Source of the DNA: the human T2T-CHM13v2.0 reference genome, Homo sapiens
Assembly: GCF_009914755.1 (NCBI RefSeq)
Contig: NC_060925.1
DNA: 64,000 nucleotides
Strand: one strand, 5' to 3'
This document shows positions 1-12,854 of the stretch, piece after piece. Numbering within the stretch: position 1 is the first letter of the stretch; each line of letters opens with the position of its first letter. The position numbers were made by a program, and so were the translations under genes. The notes beneath the pieces are model-generated. The model was not told where the DNA came from, did not search any database, and saw only the letters and a list, made by a program, of their open reading frames with translations.

Positions 1-220
1 GCAACAAAGTGAGACCTCATCTCTACAAAAAATCAAAAAACAAAAATTAGACAGGCATGGCAGCATGCACCTGTGGTCTTAACCACTTGGGAGGCTGAGG
101 CAGGAGGATCGCTTGAGCCCAGGAGGTCAAGGCTGAAGTTAGCCATAATGGTATCACTGCACTCCACTCCAGCCTGGGCAACAGAGTGAGACTCTGTCTC
201 AAAAAAAATAAAAAAAAAAA
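1..220 (+). mobile_element. Alu (AluJ-like), cut by window start
   Basis: Linker, right arm and poly(A). Confidence 0.9.
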
Positions 221-379
221 TCCCACACTTTAAAAATAATACAGCATTTCTCTGACTTAACTGACTTCTCCCCAGTTTCCTTTGCCCATTGCTGCCCAGC
301 TAGATTATCTAATATTACAGTGCCCAGAGCTCGGTCTTAGGCCCCCCAAGCAATCTCACCCAGGCCCTTGTCTTTAAGC

Positions 380-1020
380 AACATTTATAATCTGGTGATT
401 CCCAAATATATATCTGACTGTCCCTCTGACTTCCTCACTAAGACTGCTGACATCTCACACTTGACACGATCGATTCCAAACCGTCTTCCTCCCTAAAACT
501 ACTCCTTCCATCAGTCTTCATAATTCAGTGAAGAACATTACCATCCATCTAGTTGCCCAAGCCAAAAGCCTAGCACCCACTTTGGATTTCCCTTTTCTTT
601 TCCCTGACACCAAATCCGTCAACAAGTTCTGCCAGTTCTCTCCCCAAGATACAAAAATGCATGCTGAATCAACCCACTTCTTACCATCTCTAGTACTGTC
701 ACTCTTATTCAAGCCTTCACAGAATCCATTCTCCATTGAGCAGCTGGAGTGTTTTTCAAAAAATGTAATTCATATCTGCTTAAATCTCTTCAGTGGCTTT
801 CGGCTGCACATAGGAAAATAAACAAGCAAACAAAAAAAAAAACCTCTGAACTTCTCACCATGATGCAATCAAGCCTCTGAATGCCCTTCTTCTACTCTTT
901 ACTCCTTGCAGATAATTCTCTAGCCACAAGAGCCTTTTCTATTTCTGGGATGCCAAGTTCATCCTACCTGAAGGCCACTGCACTTTTTGTTCCCTTTGCC
1001 TGAAAGTCCCCCACTCTATT
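380..1020 (+). mobile_element. L2 fragment
   Basis: ccatccatctagttgcccaagccaaaagcct..., L2-type 3' region. Confidence 0.55.
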
Positions 1021-1620
1021 CCTACCCAAACCCTATTAATTAGTTTTTAAAATATTAAGAAATTGTGAATGTGCCTTGAGAGCATGCTGCGTGTAAGTGG
1101 CAATCAGAAGACTTGGGTATTAGTCTCGCACACTTTTCAAGATAGGACACCTGCTCTAAACCAATATGATAATGACTTTGGTCAACAACCAAGGTGATTC
1201 CTTGGCTCATGATTTCCCCTTCTCTGGTACAAGTCCCAACAGCTAACTCCTCTCTTGTTAATTTAAAACCCAAATATAGAGATCTGGAAACGAGGTCACT
1301 GGAGTTGGTCACCTGCTGTGGAAGTCCCCAAACTGTCCAATCTCTTGCCTCCCCAGACTTCCTTGTTCAGTTCTTTCCTAGGGATTTATGGATTGTCCAG
1401 TATCCTTTAAGTCCTTTAGCTAAAGTTGGTTTCTGTAACTTAAAATTGAAAAGAACGTTAGAAGAATCCCTTCTTAATTGTCTGGTTAGCTTCCTAGAAC
1501 TCAGCTTTACAGAACCATTCTCTTAGTATTGGCTACCCCAGGGCATCTGTGGAATCTAAACTCAGCATGGATATTGACATATGTAGAACAACTTAATATT
1601 CATCTTCCCCACCTCATATT

Positions 1621-1675
1621 CATGCGTGCACATGCATGCGTGTGCACACACACATATTCTCTCTCTCTCTCTCTC
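1621..1675. repeat. Alternating purine-pyrimidine tract followed by (CT)n
   Basis: catgcgtgcacatgcatgcgtgtgcacacacacatat + ctctctct. Confidence 0.85.
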
Positions 1676-2997
1676 CCCCTTTCTCTCCCCACACTGCATT
1701 CTTTCCAAGTCCTCTCATCACCCTTTGTACTTTTCTCCAGCATCCACCAGGCTGGATTTGTTCTGCCTTGATGTTTTCTCACAGTTCATCCTTCCACTGC
1801 ATGCTGGGCTCCCAATATTTGTTATAAAATTAGGAACCTTATTTATGTATGTAAAGAGGCCTTCTGCATGCACAATCAATAAATGTGAGCTCAAAATGAA
1901 CCCTTTCTCTCCTACGAGGCACTCACTTCCCTTGCCTTTCCTGGGTTATCTTCTATTTCATTGTCCCTGGTAGCTATGTTCTAATCACCAAGGCAGGGGT
2001 TTTACTTTTTGGAGGTCAGAGAACCCTTTGAATGCTACAGACACATTTTACAGAAAAAATGCACACAAATACACACACATTTTGCACACAACCAAGGTTT
2101 ATGGGCTTCTGATTAAAACCACTTTACCAAGGAAAAGACTTCTGTGACCATCCGCCACCCCCATACACACACACCACTAATTCCTACCCTTCACTAGCAG
2201 TGACTCATCCATGCCTTTGCTGCCAGACACCAGTAAAATAAACCTGGTTCCTCTCTCCTAATATTTGTTATGTTGAGAGATAGAAAAACAAAAACACAAA
2301 GCATCCCCAACAATTATAGGCAGTTACACTTAAGACCCATTAAAAGTGTCCCCCATTAGAACACTTCCCCAAGGCAAACACTTTATAATTTCCTAGATTA
2401 CTAGTTTAATGCACAAGTTACGTTTTAAATGCTTTTCTTTACAGGGAGGCATTCTTGGACCCTGGCTGAGATTAGGAAACAGCCAAGGCTTAGCAGCACA
2501 CTTACCAAGAATTTCTTAGGTGGGTTATTTTCTGGGAAGATTATCACAGTGAATAATCTCATCTATTTTACTGTCAATTTCAGAGGGTGACATTTTTGGC
2601 CCTGTTCTCAGTTCTAGAGATATTGTCAAGTTGAAACTTGCAGCTTCTTATATGCTAACTCTATCTTCTAATTAGAAAAGAGGTTAGAAAATGCTGGAGC
2701 TTTCTGGGTTGCCTTCCCCAAGCTAAATTAGAGTCTACTGAAGAAAAGGAAAGGTGGAGAAGAGACAGAAGGACCGGGTGGATGCAGTAGAGTAAGAACC
2801 ATACGATCAAAGGCAGGTCAGGGACTAGACAGAATAGTCTTTCTATCCTACCAATGCCAGTGGCTCATGAATGGCCCCAAGCCCCTAGGACTTCTCTTAA
2901 GCCCAATCTGACTCCCCATGGGGTCATGGATGCATTTATTTTGTCTGATGAATTGCTTTTCATTAGAGTCAACATGGAATAGAGCAGGATTTCTCAA

Positions 2998-4225
2998 TGT
3001 AATAGAATGAAAGTCTGTGTCCTCCAAAATTTCAAATGTTGAAAACTAGGATCCCTTTCTTGCCTCCACTTCCTTGTTAGCAGGGACCCTAAGCTCTACT
3101 CCCATTGCCCTCAGCCACCCACCCTCAACCTTGATCGGGACCTCCAGGCCGCACCTGACCGTCAGCAGGGCAGTGCAGCTCAGGTGGGTCCAGGGCGGAG
3201 CCCTGTTCAGCGTGAGATTCGGGTCTCGAAGACACATGGGCCCCTCAACTTTGCCAAATGCTCCAGATGGCAGGTCCTTGGCCCACAGGCCTACAGGCCC
3301 ATCTCAGGCTGGCAAGCATCGCCCCTGCTCCTTCTTCCTTAGGCCTTACCACTAAGCTTCTTTTTCCACACAGCCATCCAGACTGAGGAAATGTAGTCAC
3401 CACAGGACCCAGAAATTTTGGAGCCAGGTGAGCCACAGCCTCTGCCGCATCAGCAAGCACTGAAAGCACCCAGGTGGCCGTGGCAATGCTGGCGGCATGC
3501 ATCACCACAGGATCGACTTCAGCAAATGTCACCCAGGTTACTTTAGGAAAGTTGGTATGAGGCATTACCACCTAAAGAGGAACCTGAGCTTCTACCCAGC
3601 TGTCAACCTTGACAAATTGTGGGCTTTGGTCAGGAAGCAGACACAGGTGAATGCTGCTAAAAACAAGCCTGGAACAGCTCCCATCACTGATGTGGTGCCA
3701 TCGGGCTACTATAGAGTTCTGGGAAGGGAAAAGTTCCCAAACCAGCCTGTCATCGTGAAGGCCAAATTCTTCAGCAGAAGAGCTCAGGAGAAGATTCAGT
3801 GGGGGGAGCTTTCTCCTGGTGGCTTGAAGTCACATAACAGGAGGTTCATTAAATGTTAACAACTGCTTTAAAGAGAAAAGGAAAGGGAAAGGGAAGGAAA
3901 GGAAATAAAACTAACCCCCAAGGTAGTGGTATTAGAAGGTGGAGACTTTGGGAAGTGACTAGGTCATGAGGGTAGAGTCTTCCTGAAGGGGATTAGCGCC
4001 CTTACAAAAGAGACTGGTGAGTTTTCTTACCCGTTCCATCATGTGAAGACAAAAACAGAAGATGGCTATCTATGAACCAGGAAGTATCCCTCACCAGACA
4101 TCAAATCTGCTGGCACCTTGATCTCGGACTTCCTGGCCTCCAGAACTGTGAGAAATGAATTTCTGTTATTTATAAACTATCCAGTCTATGCTATTTTATT
4201 ACAGCAGCTCAAACAGATGAAGACA
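2998..4225 (+). mobile_element. MaLR solo LTR (MLT1A/B-like) interrupted by the RPL27A retrocopy
   Basis: TG...CA termini; typical MLT1 text resumes after the pseudogene (ctaacccccaaggtagtggtattagaaggtgg...); 5-bp TSD CTCAA/CTGAA. Confidence 0.85.
3049..3906 (+). pseudogene. RPL27A (uL15) retro-pseudogene with 5' intron-like leader
   Basis: 3374-3827 translates to (M)PSRLRK...[28 protein letters not shown]...[13 protein letters not shown]. It has no ATG, a 15-bp insertion, a premature TGA at 3461-3463 and a 3' frameshift. ATTAAA at 3848-3853, A-rich tail, TSD AAAACTA at 3042-3048 and 3907-3913. Confidence 0.93.
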
Positions 4226-4429
4226 CTGAACCTTGGCACTACTGGCATTCAGGGCCAGATAATTCTTTGTTGTGGGGCTTTTCTGTGCATTGGAAGATGC
4301 CTAGCAGCACACCTGACCTGTACCCACTAGACGCCAGTAACATCCCCATTATAATAACCAAGAATATCTCCAGACATTGACAAATGTCCCCAGAAAGGGG
4401 GGACAAAATTGTCCCTGTCTGAGAATCAC

Positions 4430-4655
4430 ACAAGAGAGGAAAGTTTTGGAGTCAGACAGACCTAGGTTCCAACTTTAGTTCCATTCCTCACAAACCCATA
4501 ACCTTTGTGGGTGGGGAGAGAGGTAAGTATTTATGTCCTCTGCGACTGTTTCTTATTAGCAAATAATACTTAAATCAAAAAAATTGTTTTGAGGTTTAAA
4601 TGAGATGATGTGTGAAAAGCATATAGGCTTACAATAGGTGCTCAATAAACAGTTG
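4430..4655 (+). mobile_element. MIR
   Basis: ttggagtcagacagacctaggttc...taggtgctcaataaa. Confidence 0.6.
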
Positions 4656-4674
4656 TTCCCTCCCCATACCTACT

Positions 4675-5810
4675 TCACTTATTTAACAAACATTTATTGA
4701 GCACTTATGCTGTATACTAAGGATATAAACACAAAACAGTAAATCTGAGAGAAAGAGACAAATGCACAAATAACCATAACATATCAAGTCCATTAACAGA
4801 GTTTACCAAATGTTACAACTCTGGCCCTATCTTTCTTTTTTTCCCCCTTAATGGCTAACCTTCTCTCTCCAAAAGCTCATCTGGCATTCCTCTTGAAAGA
4901 GGAAGTGTCCTATGAGTTGGGTCCTGAAAAACGAGTGACAGGTCATCTGAAGGCCAGGAGAGAAATATGCACACTAGGCAGAAAAAACAGCATAGGCAGG
5001 CTGGGCGCAGTGGCTCATGCCTGTAATCCCAGCATTTTGGGATGCCAAGGCAGGCAGATCACTTGAGGTCAGGAGTTCAAGACCAGCCTGGCCAACATCG
5101 CGAAACCCCCATCTCTACTAAAAATACAAAAAAATTAGCTGGGCATGGTGCCGCGTGCCTGTAATCTCAGCTACTTAGGAGGCTGAGGCATGAGAATCAA
5201 CTTGAGCCTGGGAGGCAGAGGTTGTAGTGAGCCGAGTGTATGCCACTGCACTCCATCCTGGGCGACAGAGTGAGACTCTGTCTCAAAATACACACACACA
5301 CACACACACACACAAACCCAGCATGGGCAAAGGCTTAATAGTGTGGTAACTTCAGGAAACTGCATTATCCAGTAGGCTAGAGTGAGGCTGAGTAGGGGAA
5401 ATTGGTGCAAGATGGAGGATGCTAAGGAATTTGGACGTCTTTCTGCAGGTCACATAGTCCCCCAGGATGCTTTTTTTCAGAATGGTGGCAGGATCAGATC
5501 TGCTTTGGAAAGCACACTCTCGCAGCACTGGGGAGGATAAATGAGAGGTGGAATGAAGGGCGAGAGAGATGAAAAGCAACAAGACCAGTCAGGAGCTATC
5601 GATTCCAGATGGGAGATAATGAGGGCCTGAAATGTAGTACTGGAAATGACAATGGCAAGATGCCAGCAGGCTCCAGGGTCATTAAAAGGTAGAACTGACA
5701 GAATTTAGTGACTGATTAGATGTGGGGCGGGTAACAAGTGAAGGAGAAGAAGGAATAGGAGGTGATTATAAGATTCTAGCTTAGAAAATTAGGTGGATAC
5801 TGATGGCATT
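4675..5810 (-). mobile_element. L2 fragment interrupted by an Alu
   Basis: catttattgagcac 3' end and purine-rich antisense L2 body. Confidence 0.55.
4999..5313 (+). mobile_element. Alu (AluS-like) with tail converted to (AC)n
   Basis: Full dimer; degenerate TSD aaa.cagcat.ggca. Confidence 0.95.
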
Positions 5811-6689
5811 TAGAAATGACAGGCACTGAGAAACTGTTTTCTCTTCTTTTTCACAGCCCCTGCCATTCACACTGTGCAAAGGAGCCTGTCAATCACTGAC
5901 TGATTTTAAGCAGGAAAGTTTCAAAGAAAGCCCCCAGTACTTACCAATGTTAAAGAAAAACAGGTAAGATAACAAACATCTCAGTACCTAGTATATATCA
6001 GGTTCTGCACTAGTTTTGTCCAATTAATGTATTAGTGAACTACTTTAGGTGTATTTTACTCTAGCTACTGATTTATAACTGAGTTATAATCCTCTTTCCA
6101 CCAGTCTCCTATGGCACTGGTGAGTTCCTTAAAGGCAGGACTCTAGTCTTAACCATCCTTATACCCCCAGGCTAGCTGAGTGCTTGGCACAAAGTAGGCT
6201 CCTAAGTATTTACTAGATGAATGAATCATTGGTTGGACAACGTTGTTCCTGAACTCCCTGCTTTCTAGAATCCAGTGGTTCATCTTCTGTTCACCATAGC
6301 TAAATGATAAGGGTAGTACAGAGAAATGAGTAGTACATTTAGCTCCAGAAGATCTAGGGTCTATTCCTGCCTCACATACTAACTCTGACCTTGGGCAAAG
6401 TGCATATACTCTGAGCTTTAGGGGTCTCATCTGTGAAAATGGAATTTTAAAAAATTCCCACATCACAAAATTTGTGAAAGTATTTTGTATCATTACTAAA
6501 ATATAAGTTGTTTACATATATGTTTCATCTTCCTTACATATTAACATGTGCTCAGAAGCCAGAGGAAAAAAATAGGTTGGGCTCAAAGTTATTGCATTAT
6601 AAGCCAGTAAAAATGCTAATGTTAACTGTATTTTTCAACTAGCATTCATGTCGTTCTGCTGGATAATGTGAATTAGATTCTGGTTGCTC

Positions 6690-7165
6690 CTTGCTCACTC
6701 CAACTAGTAATACTTGCCTTACTGTTCTTTAAACCTGCCAAGCTCATTCCTAACTCAGGATCTCCGCACTGCTTTCACTCAGCAGGGAGGGATGCTGAGT
6801 GAAATGCTCTTCCCTTACCTCCCTGCACCATGGTTGCATGAAGGTCATGCATTCACTTCCCAGGTCTTTGTTCAAGTGCCCTCTCATCACAGTATCTTCC
6901 TAACCAGTTCATCTAAAGAAGCACCTACTCCACTCTCCGCACTGCCATCACTCTCTACTTCCTTAGCTTGTCTTATTTTTCTTTATGATATATCATCATC
7001 ACAATCCTGTACTTGCTTATTCTTTGCCTCCCCATGAAAATGTAAGATCCATAAAGATAGGGTCTTTGCCTCCCTCTCTCACTCACTGCATCTACGATGC
7101 CTAGAACAATGACTGGCACACAGAAGATACTCATGGCATTTTGCTAAGTAGTTTGCTAAGTGAAT
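6690..7165 (+). mobile_element. L2 3' end
   Basis: aatgtaagatccataaagatagggtc...gcctagaacaatgactggcacacag...gaatg. Confidence 0.65.
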
Positions 7166-8043
7166 GACATTTGCTAAATAAGTGAGGTTTTCCACTGTAA
7201 TCACCTGTCATTGTATAGCACTAAAAAGGACTTGCAAAAAAAAAAGATTAGAATCAGAAGATCTGGGGTCCCACCCCAATCCTGCCATTAACCAGCTATT
7301 TGGCCTTGGAAAGTCACTTGTTTCTGAGTTCAGTTTTCTTATCTGTAACATACAAATAAAAATATCCTCTACCTTGCCCTACTGCCCCTCCATTTCACAA
7401 ATCACATCATTGTGGAACTTAATGGGGTGTTATATAACACTTTATCAGTGGGGTATGTTTCTGTTTCTGTTTTTACTGTTAACTCTCCAAGAGCATAAAC
7501 TGTCTATTCATCTATTACAGAACTTGACACAGGGCCTGGATCTATAAATAACTGCCAAAAAAAATGAAGAGCAAAGGTTATACATTTCCTTTGTAAAAAG
7601 AACTGAGCTTCAAATATTCATGCTCCAAATTATTTTTAAATAGTCACTGTAAGTGTCATTTCACTTTGTCTAGCAGACATAGCAATTAGCAGAGTGCCTG
7701 AGCAGCTATAAATGTTCTCATTTAGTCTGGTTTTTGTTCAGGATAATGAATATAAATGCTTGTTTTGACTAAATGAATGGTTCTCCTAGGCCAGTGCTGA
7801 ATAAATGCTTGTGCTATTGTGACGCTTCTGACCCAGGCAGGAGACATGTGCTTCCATCTCCAGAACAGCAACCCCTGAATGACCCCTCGATACAATGGAG
7901 AAAAGAAGTGCTGTGTAATTTAGGGGCATAAACCAAACCTCCACTGCTTAGAGTCAGCTTAATGTCTGACAGAAATATACAAAACTGTAAAGCCTCAACC
8001 AGACATCTGAATAATCTGTCCATACATTTTTCACATATCAGTA

Positions 8044-8049
8044 TTTATT
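8044..8049 (-). terminator. Candidate distal PIGM poly(A) signal AATAAA (a second one at 8110-8115)
   Basis: tttatt on +; would give a ~7-kb single-exon mRNA, consistent with my recollection of PIGM transcript size. Confidence 0.55.
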
Positions 8050-9384
8050 ATCTTTTCAAAGGAACAGGTCAAGATGAGAATAAAGTTTATGATCAAAGGT
8101 AGTCAAACATTTATTTTATATAAATATAATTTCCTTGCCTATATCCATTAGATTTGGGGAAAAAAGGTTCAAGTTTACAGTGCCAGAACAGCTCCTTCTT
8201 TAAAGGCTTGTAAACAGTGACTTGTTCTATGCCAGCATGCACACTTTGAGCATATCAACTCACTTAATCCTTACCAACAATTCTATGAAGATTGTGCTAT
8301 CATTCCCATTTCACAGATAAAAACTAATGTATCTAGATATGATAATCTTGCTCAGGATCATGCACTGGGATTTGAACCTAAGTGATCTATTCTCTGATGC
8401 CGTACTATCAATGCAGTACAATTTTTAACTGCATGAATGCACACTGCAGAGCAACAGCAATTGAACAATGATCATTTGCCTTTTGGAAATTATGGCCACA
8501 TACTTTGTGTAGCTTGATTTACAAATAGCTTGGCTAAAAAGCAGTTCAGCAAATCAACTTCTTAAAATAGGCTATGAAGGAAAAGTGCATGATGAAGCCA
8601 GCAGTAAACAAAGAAATTACACAATTTGGTGAGAGAGGGTTTGGAGGTGGAGGGGAGTTGTTAAAGGCCTGGAATCATTGAAAAGTTTGGGGATGACAGT
8701 GACTTGGTACAACTGAGAGAACTGCCCCTCAAAAGATTAGAAGGACAATTGATTGGCAAGAGACACTTGACAGAGCCAGTATTGAGTTCCATTTATTTTG
8801 GAGCAGTATGCATCTGCTGGGTTTGGGTACTCTGGAAAAATCCAAAACATAATATAATGGAAAAAGCATGGGTAAAAATCACTTATTAGCAAGTTGTTTA
8901 ATCTTTGAGCCTCTTCATTCATCTATAAATTTAGAATATGAATATCAACTTTGAAGTGTTGCTGTGAAAATTAAATAAAACCATATATGGCGGAATAGGT
9001 GCCCAAAATTGGTTAATCATGAAAAATTTACCATCATCAAGATGTAAAATAATTAGCTGTTGTTGTTGGGGCAGGGCTTGGAGTTGGGGGTTGGATATTA
9101 AGATTCCAAACCTGTATAATCTTTTATCTGGAAAACCTACCAGATAAAACAAAGAGATTACCACCCCCATGTTTTTAGGGAGAGAGACAGAAAGTATGAC
9201 ACACAAAAGAATTAATTTGTTCAACTTTGATGGAAGGTAAACCCCTTTAGTTCTCACTTTGTTTTTAAGACTAGGAAAAGATTCAAACTTCTTAATTATG
9301 GATTATCCACCATGTTCTTTCCTTCCTCGGAATCTTTGAGATCCAAGAATGTCTGTTCTTTAAGATGTAACAAAAAACACCTGA

Positions 9385-9625
9385 AGAAATTTGAAAATGA
9401 CAGAATGTTAAATCATAATAGATAGCAGAATTATGGTTTTGTAAGAAAATACCTGATTTTTAGGAGATGCATGCTGATATATTTAGTGGTGAAGTTCAAT
9501 GATGTTTGCAACTTCACATGGTTCAAAAAATTTTATAAATATATAATTATACATATACATAAAGCAAATATGGCAAATTGTTGTTGAATTTAGATGATGG
9601 CAATATGAGTAGTGTTTAAAATAGT
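9385..9625 (+). mobile_element. Old L1 (L1M) 3' fragment
   Basis: ttaggagatgcatgctgatatatttagtggtgaa...gcaaatatggcaaa typical of L1MC/ME 3' UTR. Confidence 0.55.
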
Positions 9626-9627
9626 TA

Positions 9628-9920
9628 GGTCAGGCGGGGTGCAGTGGCTCACGCCTGGAATCCCAACACTTTGGGAAGCCAATGAGGGAAGATCACTTAA
9701 GTGATCTCCCTCTTGCAACATAGCAAGACCTCGTCTCTACAAAAAATAAAGATTAGCCAGGCATGGTGGCAAATACCTGTGGTCCCAGCTACTTGGGAGG
9801 CTGAGGAGGAAGGATCACTTGAGCCTGGGAGTTCGGCTGCAGTGAGCCATGTTTATACTACTGCACTCCAGCCTGGGTGACAAAGCAACATCTTGTCTCA
9901 GAAAAATAAAAAAATAAAAT
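9628..9920 (+). mobile_element. Alu (AluJ-like) with internal fold-back palindrome
   Basis: Alu dimer; part of the left arm replaced by an inverted copy. Confidence 0.92.
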
Positions 9921-9930
9921 AGTTGGAGCT

Positions 9931-10244
<314 letters not shown>

Positions 10245-12470
10245 TAGGGACAATCCTAGGTATAATTTTTCCATCTTTTTCCTTTTCCATTCATAGTACA
10301 GATGGTTAGGGGAGAGGGTGGTAATGCAGAAAACAACTGATATTAGAGAAGTAACAGTAAATTCAGCCACAAGTCAACTGAAAGACAAGTTCTACACAAC
10401 TTCTGAAACATCTTGTAAGAGTCCAGATGGTGAGAAGTCAGTAACTAAAATCAGTGGTTTTAGGAATTCTTTTGCCAGGAAGGAACAAAGCACTGGGTGG
10501 GAGTATTAGCCTTTCCAATGGGCCTATCAAGAGAATTTATCCAGGAATATTTAGGAACCACATTCTAAAGACGTTACAAAGGCAATTACAGAAGAAAATG
10601 TCATGTAGTTCCCTCTGTTCAGAACACACACAATCTTGAGAATCATCCCTCTTTATCTAATAATTAATGCTTACCTGCAAATGAACATATCAATCTTAAG
10701 AGGTGGTATAAGAAAAAAAGAATTATATAGGAAATAAGCCAAAGTCTTATAAAATTTGAAGGTGTTATTAAAGGATTAAAAAGGAAACAAAAGGATTGTG
10801 ATAAGAAGCAAAAAAAAAACATTTTTTTTACATAACCAGAAAACAAATTAAAAAATTAAAATCCCCCAAGAAACCAAATTAACTCATTTTTTTAGTTAAC
10901 TTACTAAATGTTTTGGAACATACAAAGTGCAAAATATCTTTTGCATCCCTTTAAGAAACACCTGCCTTTCTTTGGTAAAGAATTTCTTGCAGGAAAGATT
11001 CCAAAGTTTGAAGTTCCCTCCAACGATCCCAGCAGAAATGTTTCTAACTTCTAAGAATGTCCTAAGAGAATGAGCTAAAACACAGAAAATGTTGAAAGTC
11101 TTATTTAGAATATTAAAAACTGGAAGCAATCTAAAGGTCTAACAGTGGAAGAATGATGTATTTATAATGTGAATATACATGTGATGTCCAACAATTTCAA
11201 TTCTAAGTATGAAGAGTAAGCCACAATAAAGAATGTTAAAAAACAATAATTAGTAAGTAAATATAATTATAAAACCAAGTCAGAAATACAAAAAAAGGGA
11301 CAACTATACTGGAATGATGAAATTCGATTTCTGTTTCCTGCCTCCTCCCTTGCTGGCTCTATAATTTTTTTTTTTAATTCTTAGAATAGGAAAAAAAGGT
11401 AAGAATGCTATGGCTGGAAGGCCACTAGTAAACAAGCACATATAAAGGGTCCTCAAGACAAGACCTAATATGGGTATGAAACTAAATGTTATAAGGAAGG
11501 TCATTGTCCTCAGCAACTGACTCTGCTATTTTTACCCCAAACAGGAGCCCATACAAAACCACCCCATTCTTTCCCTCTTTCTAATGAAAGGTCCCAAAAG
11601 GTATCCATCCAAGAAGTGCTGCCAATAATAACATTGTTAATTGTGACCAGCCTATAAACATCTTATTTGCAAAGGATTTTAGGCCTGAACTGACATGAAA
11701 TATAATACTGTGGAACTTTTTTTGTCTTTTTGTGAGTGTTTTCTGACTGCAAAAGAACAGTTCATCAAATTACTTATCTTTTAAAAAACACAATCACAAA
11801 ATCATATTCATATACTGCTACTGTAGTATTAGGGAATCCCAAGCCTAGACAGGCTGTTTAATTAAAAAAAAAAATGTAAGGATGCTTGTTTAAACAACTC
11901 AGAAAGCATTTTTCCCCCAGAAATATTACAGTGATAAGGGAAACGATCTGACCACCTAAGCCTCAGTTCCACAATCTCCCTCTAAATTCTCTGGTCTAGA
12001 AAACCCATGGCTCTCTGGGATGCTTCTTATGCTTTTCAGGAGTTTCCCTCACAGGTCTGCATTTCTATCATGGAATTTTTGATTTTTTTTTTTAAGCTAG
12101 GAAATGTCTTACTAACAAGTTGTTTTATCACCTAAAATCTACTATTATCCATTTTTACAACATAGATAACACTTGGTTGACTTAAATTCTAGAAGAAAAA
12201 AGTCTTGCTTTAGCAATCAAAAACTTAAAAACAAAGGGGTAAGAGGATACTGAAATGTACTAATAGTTTGTGTAGGACCACAAACATTAAAGGCAAGATG
12301 ATAGTTTTAAAAATGTAATAACTCAAGTCTAAACATGAATGAATTTAAATTTAATCCTTTTTGTATGAAACCAAATAGCAGTCTAATACCACTGGGACTA
12401 AGTGCTATAAAAGTAAGTAATAAAACAAATACATGAAACATGATTACAATTTAAATTCTTTGGATTATCT

Positions 12471-12734
12471 TTTTTTTTTTTTTTTTTTTTGATATGGAGT
12501 CTTGCTCTGTCGCCCAGGCTGGAGCGCAGTGGTGCCATCTCGGCTCACTACAGGCTCCACCTCCGGAGTTCACGCCATTCTCCTGCCTCAGCCTCCCGAG
12601 GAGTAGCTGGGACTACAGGCACCCACCACGCCCGGCTAATTTTTTGTATTTTTAGTAGAGAGGGGTTTCACCGTGTTAGCCAGGATGGTCTCAATCTCCT
12701 GACCTCGTGATCTGCCCGCCTTGGCCTCCCAAAG
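12471..12734 (-). mobile_element. AluY-like, 5' truncated
   Basis: Diagnostic cacgccattctcctg and ccgtgttagccaggatgg; perfect TSD TCTTTGGATTATCT at 12457-12470 and 12735-12748. Confidence 0.93.
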
Positions 12735-12854
12735 TCTTTGGATTATCTTGTAAGACCCCACATTTAATATAGAAGTTTAAAACTCTCTAAAATAATACTA
12801 CTAAGCATCTTAGTATTATTTAATACTTTTCTATCTAAAAAGTTGTCCTTTCCT

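Larger units (their letters stand above)
2985..4431 (+). mobile_element. MER20 (hAT-Charlie) split by the MLT1 LTR: pieces at 2985-2997 and 4231-4431
   Basis: caggatttctcaa | ccttggcactactggcattcagggccagataattctttgttgtgggg...tgagaatcac matches the MER20 consensus. Confidence 0.8.

Noticed and set aside
3497-3859. 120-aa RPL27A-like ORF as a functional gene
   Set aside because: Lacks the N-terminus, has an upstream in-frame stop, many substitutions and a C-terminal frameshift
7745-7812. Possible C/D-box snoRNA (atgaata...ctga) with repeated ataaatgcttgt
   Set aside because: No proper RUGAUGA box and no terminal stem; likely a short local duplication or L2 tail
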